The notes under the pieces were generated by a model. That model saw only the letters and a program-made list of their open reading frames with translations, was not told where the DNA came from and made no database searches. The position numbers were made by a program, and so were the translations under genes. Shown here piece after piece: positions 19,366 to 29,448 of a DNA stretch of 64,000 nt. Every line of letters starts with the position of its first letter. Positions within the stretch are counted from its first letter, which is position 1. Source of the stretch: a virus (Duplodnaviria; Heunggongvirae; Uroviricota; Caudoviricetes; Demerecviridae); the IMG/VR virus record IMGVR_UViG_2974499940_000001, positions 35,092-99,091 of that record. One strand, 5' to 3'.

Positions 19366-19563
19366 ATGGGAAACGTCGTTCATCTGAGCCGTAAAACTAA
19401 AATTCACCGTACCTCATTGAGTGCTGCTAATATGATTACACGTAAGGAAGGGGAAGAAAGTCCTAAGACTACCCTAGCGTGGAAAATTGTAACCTCAAAT
19501 CCAAATCGGCCCTTCAATTATAATGAACTAAGTACCTCAATAGATATTCTGCTGAGAACTTAA
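19366..19563 (+). CDS. hypothetical small protein (65 aa)
   Basis: Internal ATG of the track ORF 19297-19563, with an AAGG RBS directly after the phoH stop. Confidence 0.35.
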   Translation: MGNVVHLSRKTKIHRTSLSAANMITRKEGEESPKTTLAWKIVTSNPNRPFNYNELSTSIDILLRT

Positions 19564-19590
19564 GTGGCCAAAAACTAGACTGACAACACA

Positions 19591-19628
19591 GAAGGCCTGG
19601 GTATGAAAATACTCGGGCCTTTTCTATC
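19591..19628 (+). terminator. probable intrinsic terminator
   Basis: AGGCC...CGGGCCTTTTCT hairpin with an imperfect stem. Confidence 0.45.
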
Positions 19629-19708
19629 AGAAAAATTTTATTTGCCAAATGACTGAGAATAAAGTAAACTATTTCCTAAATCCTGATAACTATAAAAAGG
19701 AAAACCAA

Positions 19709-22039
19709 ATGAGCCATCGCATTGAAAAAGTAATTAAACGTGACGGTACTGTAGAAGACTTTGCTCCTGAAAAACTTAATGGTTGGGCAGAGTATGGTTG
19801 CAAAACAGTTGATGTAAGTTGGTCAGCCATTACTATGGCTGCTCAAAAAACTCTGCCTAAAGGGGTTGTAGATTCCGATACTCTGATGGATGCGTTAATT
19901 AAAGCTGCCGAAAGTCTTATTAAAGATAATCCAGCATACGACGTGCCAGCAAAGGAATTACGTCTTGCGCAGATGCGTAAACGACTTTATGATTCCTTCG
20001 AACCACCTTCTCTACGCTTCTTCCACGATCATATGGTTAGTGTAGGTGCATGGGAAGACATGAGTGCATGGATTACCGATGAGCAATTTGAAGCTCTGAA
20101 TCAGGTTATCGACCATGATCGCGACCGTCTTTTCACTAGCGGAGGATTGAAACAATTCTTTGATAAGTATTCCCGTCGTAATATCGCAACTGGCGAAATT
20201 TACGAAACCCCGCAATTTGCCTATATGGGCATGGCAATGGCGATGTTATCTCAACCCAACTGGACAATTCTAGATGCAATCGATCTCTACAATGCAATGT
20301 CGCTCCACAAAATCAACGTTCCTACGCCGCCACTGGTTGGCTTGCGCTCTAGTGATCGTGGATTTGCTAGTTGTTGCCTCGTTGATTCCACTGACACATT
20401 GGATTCAATCGACACAGCCGAGCACATCGTTTTTAAAATGGTCGCAGCCAGAGCGGGAATCGGGTATCATCTTGAAAGCCGATCAATTGCTGATCCGGTG
20501 CGAAATGGGGCATTCCCGCATTCCGGAAAACTGCCATATTATCGACACATTGACCGCTCAGTAAAGGCCAATACTCAGCAAACTCGTGGTGGTTCTGCTA
20601 CAGTATCTTATCCATACTTTGACCCTGAAATCATTCAATTGATGCAGGTTAAGCAACAACGTGCTACAGACGAGAATAAAATCGATAAGATGGATTATTC
20701 TCTGAGCTTCAACAATCTTTTGTTAAAACGTTATCTGAAAAATGAAGATATTACGCTAATGTCATACTTCTATGCTCCAGAAGTTCATGAAGCGTTTTAT
20801 AGTGATGACGAGGCTAAATTTGAAGAAATCTATGTGGCAGCGGAGAAACGTGTGGCATCTCTTACAAAGATCGACCACGAAGGAAAAACAGTTCCAGCAG
20901 CTCCTAAAGTCTCTGCAAAAGAAATCCTAGATACTTGGCTACGTATCCGAATGGAAACAGGACGTATGTATGCTCACCACATTGGGGAATCTAATCGTCA
21001 CGGTAACTTCCTTGATCCAATCCGTATGACAAACCTTTGTGTTGAAATTACCCAGCCTACACGCCCATTCCACCACATTACAGAGCTGTATAAAACAAAA
21101 GAACAACTTGATCAAATGAAGCCGGAGGATATTGGGGAAGTATCTCTGTGTAACTTAGGTGGTGTTGTACTAGGACGCATGGAATCTCTGGCTGAGTGGG
21201 AAAAGACTTGCTATATTCTTCTGAAATTCGTTGATACCATCATTGAAATTCAGGATTATCCGTTCCCAACTATGGAATATACGGCTAAGAAACGTCGTAA
21301 TGTTGGTATTGGTCTGATGAACGCAGCAGGTGCAATGGCGGCGGAAGGTTTGGCCTACGAAGGCGTTGAAGCACGTAACTGGATTCATCGTGAGGCTGAA
21401 AAACTGTCTTACTTCCTACATAAAGCCTCTGTACGTCTGGCTAAAGAACAAGGTGCATGTGAATGGTTTAATCGTACTAAACCATCCAAAGGAACTCTGG
21501 TAATCGACACGTATAAGAAAACTGTTGATGAGCTGGTATCCGTAGGTCTAGAAATGGATTGGGAATCTCTGCGTGCAGATATTCTGAAATACGGTATGCG
21601 TAACTCTGTTCTGACTGCTCAGATGCCGGGAGAAAGTTCCTCTGTTCTGTTAGGTGTTACTAACTCTATTGAACCACCTCGTAAGATTGTATCTATCAAG
21701 GGTAGTGCAGTGAATAAAGTAATTGCAATTGCTCCAGGTGCAACCGACTGGGAAACGTTAATGAGCTATAAACTGGCTTATGATGTAGATCGTATTGAAT
21801 GGATCAAATGGGTAGCAACTATGCAGAAATTCTTCAGCCAGTCTATCAGTACTAATATGTACTACGACTACACCAAGTTTGAGAATGAAATCATTCCTGG
21901 CCCGGTAGTAGTTCGTGATTTCATGACTGCTGTTAAATATGGTTGGAAGACTTGGTACTACGCAAACTTCAACACTGCAAATGGTGGTGGGGCTGGAGAA
22001 GAAGCAGCGGGTTGTGCTTCTGGTGGTTGCCAGTTATAA
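19709..22039 (+). CDS. nrdA: ribonucleoside-diphosphate reductase large subunit (class Ia)
   Basis: Begins MSHRIEKVIKRDGTVEDF (ATP cone) after AAGGA. Has CxVDSTD-type active-site region and C-terminal CASGGC. The track ORF starts 20 codons earlier without an RBS. Confidence 0.85.
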   Translation: MSHRIEKVIKRDGTVEDFAPEKLNGWAEYGCKTVDVSWSAITMAAQKTLPKGVVDSDTLMDALIKAAESLIKDNPAYDVPAKELRLAQMRKRLYDSFEPPSLRFFHDHMVSVGAWEDMSAWITDEQFEALNQVIDHDRDRLFTSGGLKQFFDKYSRRNIATGEIYETPQFAYMGMAMAMLSQPNWTILDAIDLYNAMSLHKINVPTPPLVGLRSSDRGFASCCLVDSTDTLDSIDTAEHIVFKMVAARAGIGYHLESRSIADPVRNGAFPHSGKLPYYRHIDRSVKANTQQTRGGSATVSYPYFDPEIIQLMQVKQQRATDENKIDKMDYSLSFNNLLLKRYLKNEDITLMSYFYAPEVHEAFYSDDEAKFEEIYVAAEKRVASLTKIDHEGKTVPAAPKVSAKEILDTWLRIRMETGRMYAHHIGESNRHGNFLDPIRMTNLCVEITQPTRPFHHITELYKTKEQLDQMKPEDIGEVSLCNLGGVVLGRMESLAEWEKTCYILLKFVDTIIEIQDYPFPTMEYTAKKRRNVGIGLMNAAGAMAAEGLAYEGVEARNWIHREAEKLSYFLHKASVRLAKEQGACEWFNRTKPSKGTLVIDTYKKTVDELVSVGLEMDWESLRADILKYGMRNSVLTAQMPGESSSVLLGVTNSIEPPRKIVSIKGSAVNKVIAIAPGATDWETLMSYKLAYDVDRIEWIKWVATMQKFFSQSISTNMYYDYTKFENEIIPGPVVVRDFMTAVKYGWKTWYYANFNTANGGGAGEEAAGCASGGCQL

Positions 22040-22047
22040 TAAAAACA

Positions 22048-22073
22048 AGGAGATCTTTGGGTCTCCTTTTTCT
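22048..22073 (+). terminator. intrinsic terminator after nrdA
   Basis: AGGAGATC-TTTG-GGTCTCCT plus TTTTT. Confidence 0.7.
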
Positions 22074-22085
22074 TTGAAATTTTAC

Positions 22086-22114
22086 TTGCTAATCGCTACC
22101 TGATTTGCTATAAT
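22086..22114 (+). promoter_or_regulatory. promoter TTGCTA-17-TATAAT (nrdB)
   Basis: Consensus hexamers with a 17-bp spacer. Confidence 0.6.
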
Positions 22115-22145
22115 ATTCCTGAAATAGTGAGAAAGAGGAAAATCA

Positions 22146-23291
22146 ATGACTACTTTACTAAACCTGAACTGGGATCATACTAACGCTGATCTTTTCCTGG
22201 GAGACTCTCTTGGTATCGCAGACTATGTGCGTGTAGCCCATCCAGAATTAGAGCGTCTGGCACTTCTGCAACGCTCTCAATTTTGGACTGAAACTGAAAT
22301 CAGTCTGGAAGCAGATAAGAAACAATGGCCCAACCTCCCACGTGAAATTCAGGAAATTACACTCCTGAACTTAGCATGGCAGACCCAAACAGATTCTTTC
22401 ATTAGTCGCGCACCTGAAGCAGCTATTATGCCGCTTGTAAGCCGCCCTGAACTAGAAGGAATGCTAAAACAGTGGAGCTATTTTGAAGACCTACATAGTC
22501 GTGCCTATAGCAATATTATTCGTAATGTGTTGACTGATCCAGCAGAATTTATTGATTCTGTAACCAAAAACCAAGAAGCATTCGCACGTATCGCAGATTC
22601 TGTTGAACTATTTGATGAACTGTACCAGTTAGGTCAGTATTTCATCGCAGTACGTGACCATCGTGGTGATAATACTTACCCAGAAACAGAGTTTCCTGAA
22701 GTTAAACGTGAAACTCAGGCTAAGTTATTAGACGCTTACTTTGCAATCTATGGTCTGGAAGCAATGCAGTTTTACGCATCCTTTGCATGTACCTTTGCGT
22801 TAGCAGAGAATGATATTCTGCAAGGTATTGCCAAAAATCTGCAATTAATCGCTAAAGATGAAGCTCTGCACACTCAGATGTCTAAAGCAATCATCCAGAT
22901 TATGTTCCAGCAGTTTGACAAAGATCTGGTAGATGAAGCAGTGGCTAAAGCACCAGCACAGCTCCTGAAAACTCTGAAAACTGAAATTGAATGGGGTCAT
23001 TTCATTTTCAAAGGTCGTAGTCTGATTGGTTTGAATGCAGAACTTCTAGAAGAATACCTGTACTTTGTGGGGCGTAATGCATTTATGCACATCGGTGTAG
23101 AATGGCCTAGTCACTTACCAGTAATCACTAAAAACCCTATTCCGTGGATCATGAACTGGTTGGATACTACTTCTCTACAGCCTGCTCCACAAGAAATACA
23201 GATTGGTGCAGCCTATCGTGTAGGTCAGGTAACTGAGACCTCTACTGATACTCTGAAAGATCTGGGCAATGAATTTGGAGATTTCCTATGA
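22146..23291 (+). CDS. nrdB: ribonucleoside-diphosphate reductase small subunit
   Basis: 381-aa ferritin-like ORF with diiron ligand pattern (E..H repeats) and C-terminal acidic tail. Confidence 0.85.
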   Translation: MTTLLNLNWDHTNADLFLGDSLGIADYVRVAHPELERLALLQRSQFWTETEISLEADKKQWPNLPREIQEITLLNLAWQTQTDSFISRAPEAAIMPLVSRPELEGMLKQWSYFEDLHSRAYSNIIRNVLTDPAEFIDSVTKNQEAFARIADSVELFDELYQLGQYFIAVRDHRGDNTYPETEFPEVKRETQAKLLDAYFAIYGLEAMQFYASFACTFALAENDILQGIAKNLQLIAKDEALHTQMSKAIIQIMFQQFDKDLVDEAVAKAPAQLLKTLKTEIEWGHFIFKGRSLIGLNAELLEEYLYFVGRNAFMHIGVEWPSHLPVITKNPIPWIMNWLDTTSLQPAPQEIQIGAAYRVGQVTETSTDTLKDLGNEFGDFL

Positions 23292-23821
23292 TTACTGCAA
23301 TGTATGCAGTTGGGCCGAATGGGGAGTTCGGCCTCCGAGGTAAGCTTCCCTGGGGTTCTTTTAAAGAAGAACTAGATGCTTTTTATTCACAATTAGATGT
23401 ACTAAATCCTGATAATATTATTATTGGAGCAGGTACTTATTTAGCTCTTCCATATGCCGTTAGGGAACGTATGATTGGAGCTTCTGACCTATTTATTCGT
23501 GCTGATCGTCCACTCCCAGACGATATTACACACGATATTTACACTCCCATATCAATGATAGGTGATACATTACCTACTTTTCTAAAAGATCAGCAAACAG
23601 TAGTTCTAGGTGGAGCTAATCTTCTTCTAGAAATGTACCAGCATGGACATATAGAAAGTGCTTTTGTATCTACAATCTTTAGCGAACAGAAGCTAGAGGC
23701 AGATATACACCTAGATAGTATGATACTGGATTATAACTATGAATCCACTCGATTAGTCTATGCAGTTGGCGCAAACAGTGATAACAGCCTGCGATTTGTA
23801 CAGGAATTGGTTACTTATTAA
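23288..23821 (+). CDS. frd: dihydrofolate reductase
   Basis: 177-aa ORF beginning MITAMYAVGPNGEFGLRGKLPW (DHFR N-terminal signature); overlaps the nrdB stop. Confidence 0.7.
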   Translation: MITAMYAVGPNGEFGLRGKLPWGSFKEELDAFYSQLDVLNPDNIIIGAGTYLALPYAVRERMIGASDLFIRADRPLPDDITHDIYTPISMIGDTLPTFLKDQQTVVLGGANLLLEMYQHGHIESAFVSTIFSEQKLEADIHLDSMILDYNYESTRLVYAVGANSDNSLRFVQELVTY

Positions 23822-24660
23822 TGCAACAATACTTAAAAATTTTGACAGATGTAATTTTACTAGGTGAACCCCGTAATGACCGTACAGGAACAGGCACAGT
23901 TTCAATTTTTGATTCTTATGCTAAATTCGATCTACGTGATGGGTTTCCTGCCGTCACTACCAAACGTCTAGCTTGGAAATCTGTAGTAGGAGAACTCTTA
24001 TGGTTCTTGTCTGGTTCCACAAACCTCCACGATCTACGTGTATTCACATTTGGGCGTGACGAAGGACAGTGGACCATCTGGACTCCAAATTATGAAGACC
24101 AAGCCATAAGTATGGGATATGACAATGGTAATCTAGGGCCAGTATATGGTAAACAATGGCGCAACTTTGGTGGACGAGATCAGATCCTAGAACTCATTGA
24201 GGGTCTCAAGAATAATCCACATGGTCGTAGACACCTAGTATCTGCATGGAATGTAGCTGAACTTGATAAAATGGCATTACCACCCTGTCACTACGGCTTC
24301 CAGTGCTATGTAAGTAACGATGGATACCTAGATCTTAAATGGACACAACGCTCGGTGGATTGTTTCCTCGGTTTACCTTTCAATATTGCTAGCTATGCTT
24401 TATTAACGCATATATTAGCAAAACTGACAGGATTAAAACCTCGTTATCTTATCTTTAGTGGTGGTGATACTCATATCTATAATGACCACATGGAACAGGT
24501 AGAAGAACAGGTAAAACGTAAACCTCGTGCTTTACCTACTCTAGTAATGCCAGAGTTTGTAGATCTTTACGATTTATTAGAAAATAATACGGCAGCTTGG
24601 TCTTTCCAGCTTGAAGGATATGATCCGCATCCGGCTCTTAAAGCTAAAATGTCCTCTTAA
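23821..24660 (+). CDS. thyA: thymidylate synthase
   Basis: 279-aa ORF with catalytic-Cys context LPPCHYGFQCYV and DRTGTGT. Confidence 0.85.
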   Translation: MQQYLKILTDVILLGEPRNDRTGTGTVSIFDSYAKFDLRDGFPAVTTKRLAWKSVVGELLWFLSGSTNLHDLRVFTFGRDEGQWTIWTPNYEDQAISMGYDNGNLGPVYGKQWRNFGGRDQILELIEGLKNNPHGRRHLVSAWNVAELDKMALPPCHYGFQCYVSNDGYLDLKWTQRSVDCFLGLPFNIASYALLTHILAKLTGLKPRYLIFSGGDTHIYNDHMEQVEEQVKRKPRALPTLVMPEFVDLYDLLENNTAAWSFQLEGYDPHPALKAKMSS

Positions 24661-24666
24661 CTTAAA

Positions 24667-24690
24667 TAGCCCTTCGGGGCTATTATATTT
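24667..24690 (+). terminator. intrinsic terminator after thymidylate synthase
   Basis: TAGCCC-TTCG-GGGCTA plus TTATATTT. Confidence 0.65.
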
Positions 24691-24699
24691 AAATTTCAT

Positions 24700-24728
24700 T
24701 TGCTTATTTAGTGAAATTTAAATATAAT
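24700..24728 (+). promoter_or_regulatory. promoter TTGCTT-17-TATAAT followed by ATAAATTGGAGG
   Basis: Member of the repeated promoter family. Confidence 0.65.
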
Positions 24729-24753
24729 ATATTTTATAAATTGGAGGTATACA

Positions 24754-25035
24754 ATGATTTCAGCCAAAGAAGCCCAAGAACTTGCAGGATTAACAGAAGT
24801 ACCCACATTTCTAAAGTTTATAGAAGAAAAGATTGTAGAAGCTGCTAAGTCTGGAAATACAGAAGTAATTATTCGAGATAATCCTTACGCTAGGTGGCTA
24901 TATAATCCTAGAGAAATGCCAGGAGCAGCTAAATCGGTACTAAAAACCTTATCGGATAAGGGGTATCATCTCTCACAATACTACCGAGAAGCCGCCTTTG
25001 TAGACATGGGTCTTAAAATTAGTTGGGAGGTATAA
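24754..25035 (+). CDS. hypothetical protein (93 aa)
   Basis: ORF downstream of promoter 24700-24728, with a GGAGG RBS. Confidence 0.5.
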   Translation: MISAKEAQELAGLTEVPTFLKFIEEKIVEAAKSGNTEVIIRDNPYARWLYNPREMPGAAKSVLKTLSDKGYHLSQYYREAAFVDMGLKISWEV

Positions 25036-25511
25036 TGTCGGTTTTCCACATTTATACAGATGGTGCTTGTAAGTCTAACCCAGGTCCAGGTGCTTGGGGT
25101 TTTATTGTCTATGATGATAACGACGATCGTTTAGGTTCTAAATCTGGTTATAATCCTAAAACTACAAATAATGAGATGGAACTCACAGCTATCGTAGAAG
25201 CCCTACGTTGGTCTGTTAAAAAAGATAATAGACCAATTGCTATCTATACTGACTCTGCTTATTGCAAAAATGGTATGGAAAGTTGGATGTTTTCTTGGCA
25301 AAGGAAAGGCTGGAAGAAAGCAGATGGTGAAGTCCCTCTTAATCTAGAACTTTGGCAGGAAGCATTTAAATTAACACAGCAGTATATCAACTTTCACAAT
25401 ACTAATCCTACCTTTATTAAGGTTAAAGGACATTCTGGTATTAGTGGTAATGAAGCTGTAGATGCATTGTGTAACACAGTTATTACTGAAGCTGAAATGG
25501 CTGAGATGTAA
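25023..25511 (+). CDS. rnhA: ribonuclease H
   Basis: IYTDGACKSNPGPGAWGF (RNase H DEDD fold) and a late GHSGISGNEAVD motif. Confidence 0.8.
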   Translation: MGGIMSVFHIYTDGACKSNPGPGAWGFIVYDDNDDRLGSKSGYNPKTTNNEMELTAIVEALRWSVKKDNRPIAIYTDSAYCKNGMESWMFSWQRKGWKKADGEVPLNLELWQEAFKLTQQYINFHNTNPTFIKVKGHSGISGNEAVDALCNTVITEAEMAEM

Positions 25512-25531
25512 TAAATAAATTAAAAATCTTC

Positions 25532-25560
25532 TTGCTTAAAGCCCTCTAATTTAGTATAAT
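25532..25560 (+). promoter_or_regulatory. promoter TTGCTT-17-TATAAT
   Basis: Family member. Confidence 0.65.
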
Positions 25561-25587
25561 ATTCGTATTGAAAGTGAGGAGGGCTTT

Positions 25588-25866
25588 ATGCGAATTTATA
25601 ACTCAAATTCATTAGGATTTAAACCGTTGAGAAAACGTGCACAATCACCTCGTCAAATAAGAAAGGCTAATATTGGTGAGCCAGAAACACGTCTTCCACC
25701 TCCTCCAGAACAACGTTTAGTTTATCTGGATGAAGAATTAGCTGAACGCGAAAGAAAAGCCCAAGAAGAGATTGAGCGTAAGAAAATGTGTACTGCTCCA
25801 GCGTATAATAAAGGAGCGTATCAATATGTTTCCGATGCAGAACAAGCCAAGATGGTTGGTAGATAA
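25588..25866 (+). CDS. hypothetical protein (92 aa)
   Basis: ORF after promoter 25532-25560 and a GAGGAGG RBS. Confidence 0.5.
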   Translation: MRIYNSNSLGFKPLRKRAQSPRQIRKANIGEPETRLPPPPEQRLVYLDEELAERERKAQEEIERKKMCTAPAYNKGAYQYVSDAEQAKMVGR

Positions 25867-25882
25867 TTTTTAAAAAATTCAT

Positions 25883-25911
25883 TTGCTAAACGCTTCAAAT
25901 TACCGTATAAT
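25883..25911 (+). promoter_or_regulatory. promoter TTGCTA-17-TATAAT plus downstream ATAAATTGATAAAC
   Basis: Family member. Confidence 0.65.
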
Positions 25912-25949
25912 ATACTTCATAAATTGATAAACAAAAAGGAAAACAAATA

Positions 25950-26465
25950 ATGGCTAAGCAGAAAAACGCAAAAACTCAAGCAGCTACTACAGTTAAAACT
26001 TTCCCTCAGACTGAGGCTAACCGTAAAGCTCGTCTGGAACGCCACCTGCGTAAGCATCCTACCGATACTCAGGCTGCGCAAGCACTAAATAATCCGGCTC
26101 CGATTCGTCAAAAGCCGAAGGCTAAGAACGCTACTCGTTCTGTAGCCCGCCTTGTGACCTATGTACAGGGTTACGGTCACAAATCTGTTCCAGTAGTACT
26201 GAGTTTCAATGCTGGAGCAGAATTGTTCCCTCGTAATGGCATGGCCATGAAAGATTACGAGAAAGCAGTTAACCAGAAGCGTAAACCAGCAGCAGATGTA
26301 TTGCGTGATACTCGTGGACAGTTTGGTTCTGTTAAGCCAAATATCTTTGGCGTAGAGTATAGTAAAGATAATGTTCGTGCTCTGTGTTACGGTGTAGGCA
26401 TTAAGTTCACTGGTGATTCTGCTCGTAAATCTGCTAAACCAGCTCGCAAGCGTAAAGCGAAGTAA
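25950..26465 (+). CDS. hypothetical basic (Lys/Arg-rich) protein, possible nucleic-acid binding
   Basis: 171-aa ORF after promoter 25883-25911. Confidence 0.5.
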   Translation: MAKQKNAKTQAATTVKTFPQTEANRKARLERHLRKHPTDTQAAQALNNPAPIRQKPKAKNATRSVARLVTYVQGYGHKSVPVVLSFNAGAELFPRNGMAMKDYEKAVNQKRKPAADVLRDTRGQFGSVKPNIFGVEYSKDNVRALCYGVGIKFTGDSARKSAKPARKRKAK

Positions 26466-26528
26466 TAGATAAATAGGGGCTTCTGCCCCTACAATCTACT
26501 AATTCTCTAACTAATCAAGGATATTTTT

Positions 26529-26744
26529 ATGTTCTCTAAGAAACCACGTTCTGTTACTGAAATCGTTGCTTCCTTTACCACTATCACTGATGAGCTTCAA
26601 GCTCGTATTGAGGCTGATCAAAAAATTGCTGCGGATATTCAGAAACAGCAGGAAGAACTCGCTTTAAAGTTGGCTGAAACCAACAAGAGTGAAAAATCTG
26701 CCCAAACTATTATGGAAAATATCCTTAAACTGCTGGGCAAGTGA
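26529..26744 (+). CDS. hypothetical protein (71 aa)
   Basis: ORF between two hairpins. Confidence 0.45.
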   Translation: MFSKKPRSVTEIVASFTTITDELQARIEADQKIAADIQKQQEELALKLAETNKSEKSAQTIMENILKLLGK

Positions 26745-26750
26745 TTTAAC

Positions 26751-26777
26751 TCAGGGGGCGAAAGCCCCTCTTATTTG
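26751..26777 (+). terminator. probable terminator
   Basis: AGGGGC-GAAA-GCCCCT plus CTTATTT. Confidence 0.5.
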
Positions 26778-26785
26778 GAGAAACT

Positions 26786-27022
26786 ATGCGTAATTTTGTA
26801 GCAAAGAATGATTTTAACCGTGCTAGCACCCATAAGTCAGCTAGGGATTATACACGACTTTCTAGTCATGAGGTAATGCATACCTGTTATGAAGAGCTGG
26901 AAGGTAGCTGGAATGAATGGCCCGACTTCTCTATGGAGGAGAACTGGGATGTCAGTGAGGATATGCTTCCTGGTTTTAAAGACCCCAAGAAGTGGGAGTC
27001 TATTAAAGAGACAGCTCTTTAA
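26786..27022 (+). CDS. hypothetical protein (78 aa)
   Basis: ORF with GGAG RBS. Confidence 0.45.
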   Translation: MRNFVAKNDFNRASTHKSARDYTRLSSHEVMHTCYEELEGSWNEWPDFSMEENWDVSEDMLPGFKDPKKWESIKETAL

Positions 27023-27050
27023 TAGTTTTCTACACAATAAAGGATAAGTT

Positions 27051-27752
27051 ATGAAAGTAAAACCATTTGGTATGCTAGATATTGAATCTCTAGGAACTCC
27101 AGGAGATTGTGGTACTACTCATATCGTAATGCCTTCTTTCGCTTTTGTGGCTATGCATGGGATTGATAAAGACCCTGAGTTAGTATTTGTTACTTTGGAT
27201 GTGCAGGATCAGCTTAATTCTGGTGCCAAAGTTACAGCATCTACTCTAGCATTCTGGATGGATCAAGCTAAAAATAGCCCGTCTGCTATTCACATTATGG
27301 AAGCTATGAACGAGCGTAATCCAAAACTGATTGCCTTCCAAAATGGTAAACATCATTGTACTAATAAACTTGGCTCTAACTATGCTGCCTTCTCTATGGC
27401 TCAAAATATTATGGAGTTGGCTCTAGGCGAAAATGCTTTGTATTATGGCAATGGCCCAGAGTTTGATATGACTATCTACTCTGCAAACACTTTCCATGCT
27501 GGAACCAATGAAGAGGTAGTTCCGTGGAAATTCTGGAATTTGGGTAATGTTCGATCTCTTCGTAATCTCTGGATGCAAGCTGGTTATAGTTACAAAGATC
27601 TAGAGGCTGAAGGTATTAGCTGGGCAAAAGCTAAAATGGAGAAGATGGACACCATTCGTTATGGGATCTATCCGGTTAAGCATGATCCAGCATTCGATGC
27701 CTTAGTTGAGAGCTATTGTGTTGCGGCTATGATCGAAAAAATGAAAATTTGA
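27051..27752 (+). CDS. DEDD-family 3'-5' exonuclease (DnaQ-like)
   Basis: LDIESLG (exo motif I) and C-terminal KHDPAFDALV (H-x4-D motif III). Confidence 0.55.
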   Translation: MKVKPFGMLDIESLGTPGDCGTTHIVMPSFAFVAMHGIDKDPELVFVTLDVQDQLNSGAKVTASTLAFWMDQAKNSPSAIHIMEAMNERNPKLIAFQNGKHHCTNKLGSNYAAFSMAQNIMELALGENALYYGNGPEFDMTIYSANTFHAGTNEEVVPWKFWNLGNVRSLRNLWMQAGYSYKDLEAEGISWAKAKMEKMDTIRYGIYPVKHDPAFDALVESYCVAAMIEKMKI

Positions 27753-27808
27753 TTTGCTTCCGGCCCCAAAATTCTGAATAATATATTCATAAATTTGAGA
27801 AAACAAAT

Positions 27809-27991
27809 ATGCCAGTATCTAAAAATGTTCGTAAAAATGGTAAGAAAGCTACTCGTAATCTGGGTATCCGTCGTATGGCTGAACGTCAATCAGGTATCCA
27901 GAAAATCTTTGATCTGTTAAATCGTGCTAATCCTAAAATTGATAACAGTAATGATACTGTTCTGCGCACTCTGCTGGCAATTGGTCTGTAA
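27809..27991 (+). CDS. hypothetical small basic protein (60 aa)
   Basis: ORF with RBS. Confidence 0.4.
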   Translation: MPVSKNVRKNGKKATRNLGIRRMAERQSGIQKIFDLLNRANPKIDNSNDTVLRTLLAIGL

Positions 27992-28044
27992 TAGATCAAA
28001 TTTAAACAAATTCAAATCTCAAACTTCATATAAGGAAGCAAATA

Positions 28045-28683
28045 ATGACTACTCGTATTTCTAAAACTCGCGCTCTGGCAACTATCAAATCTCTGGAAGC
28101 TAAAATCCGTAAAGCTACTGAACAACAGCTTCTGATCGCTGTTGGTGAAGGTAAGGATAAAAATAAGGTTGTAGTTGGCGCTGCAATCGAAGTAGACGAT
28201 CTATCTGCTCGTATTAAGGCAGATTTCCAATCTCTCCTAGATATGATGTCCCAGCGTGATCATATCAAAGCTGCTCTGATTAAGAGCAATGCGGAAACAA
28301 TCGTTGAGATTGGCTCTCGTAAGATGACTGTTGCGGAAGCAATTGAAGCTAAGCGTTCTATGGAGCTTAAAGCTCAGCTGCTGGCTAACATGCGTAAGCA
28401 GTTCCATGCCGCTACGGTTAAGTTTAATACGCAGAAAGCACAGTTTGATGCTAAATATGAGCGTTTGCAGGATAGCATGGCTACTCGCGATAAGAAAACT
28501 TCCGAAGATGAAGTTAAAATGCAGCTCAACCTGCTGGAACTCAAGAATACTCCATTCTTGATTGATCCGCTGGAACTGGAGAAGCTGATTAAGCAGCATG
28601 ACGAGGAATACCAGGACTTTGCAACAAATGTTGACTTTGTTCTGTCCGAGTCTAACGCCTCTACCTTCATTGAAGTAGAGTAA
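28045..28683 (+). CDS. hypothetical coiled-coil protein (212 aa)
   Basis: ORF with AAGGAAG RBS. Confidence 0.55.
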   Translation: MTTRISKTRALATIKSLEAKIRKATEQQLLIAVGEGKDKNKVVVGAAIEVDDLSARIKADFQSLLDMMSQRDHIKAALIKSNAETIVEIGSRKMTVAEAIEAKRSMELKAQLLANMRKQFHAATVKFNTQKAQFDAKYERLQDSMATRDKKTSEDEVKMQLNLLELKNTPFLIDPLELEKLIKQHDEEYQDFATNVDFVLSESNASTFIEVE

Positions 28684-29066
28684 TAATTTAAAAGCTAGTA
28701 AATCGGTAGACGAAAGCCCAAGCATCTTACCTCGCACCAGCGGTTGAAATACGAGGTTAAATAAGACCGCTGACCATACTATAAAGTATAATCTATTGGA
28801 GATTATGTTTATTACATCAGACATTTAATCTGACACGTAAAAACAAAGCGTCGTTGATATTACCGACACAACTTCAAAGATCAACATTTAAGTATGAAAG
28901 CTGAAAAGTTTAAAGAACTCAAACTTCTAAACTTCTAAAGCTAAAAGATGCAAAGTATTCGTTGATGATTCAAACCCTAGATCAAAGGTACATGGCTCGT
29001 AAGATATGGCCTGTGGCGCCTCTAGGCTGTTTATCGGTTTACTAGTTTCACAATTTAAAAATGTAT

Positions 29067-29095
29067 TTGCTAATTTATTAAGTTATCTGTATAAT
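29067..29095 (+). promoter_or_regulatory. promoter TTGCTA-17-TATAAT plus downstream AAATTGATGAAACGAGG
   Basis: Family member. Confidence 0.65.
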
Positions 29096-29125
29096 ATATT
29101 TTTAAATTGATGAAACGAGGCTATT

Positions 29126-29443
29126 ATGACTTTTCATATTTTGATTGATGATGTGCGTAATCTTCACGGAATGGACATTATCATTCGAACCCCAGAAGCC
29201 GCTGTAGAGTTTCTGAATAAAACTGATACCACAGGCCACTTCGTTTATATGGATAATGACTTGGCTGTAGATGGTATGGAAGGTTATCAAATTCTTCGTT
29301 TACTCTTAGAATTTGGGCAGAGACCAAAGAAAGTGGTACTAGTAACCTCGAACCCAGTAGCTAAGCAACATATGCGTAATGATTTGCTTGACTTAGGGTA
29401 CAAAGAAAACCCCAATCGTGTTGAATATGATTGGCAGGAGTAA
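29126..29443 (+). CDS. hypothetical protein (105 aa)
   Basis: ORF after promoter 29067-29095. Confidence 0.5.
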   Translation: MTFHILIDDVRNLHGMDIIIRTPEAAVEFLNKTDTTGHFVYMDNDLAVDGMEGYQILRLLLEFGQRPKKVVLVTSNPVAKQHMRNDLLDLGYKENPNRVEYDWQE

Positions 29444-29448
29444 AAAGA

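Noticed and set aside
19649-19708. Longer nrdA start at 19649 (MTENKVNYFL...)
   Set aside because: It has no RBS, whereas the ATG at 19709 has AAGGA 8 nt upstream and begins the conserved ATP-cone sequence.
28237-28824. Minus-strand 195-aa ORF and other antisense ORFs over the 28045-28683 gene
   Set aside because: They lie antisense to a promoter-driven plus-strand gene, and their composition is Leu/Phe/Ser-rich as expected for shadow frames.
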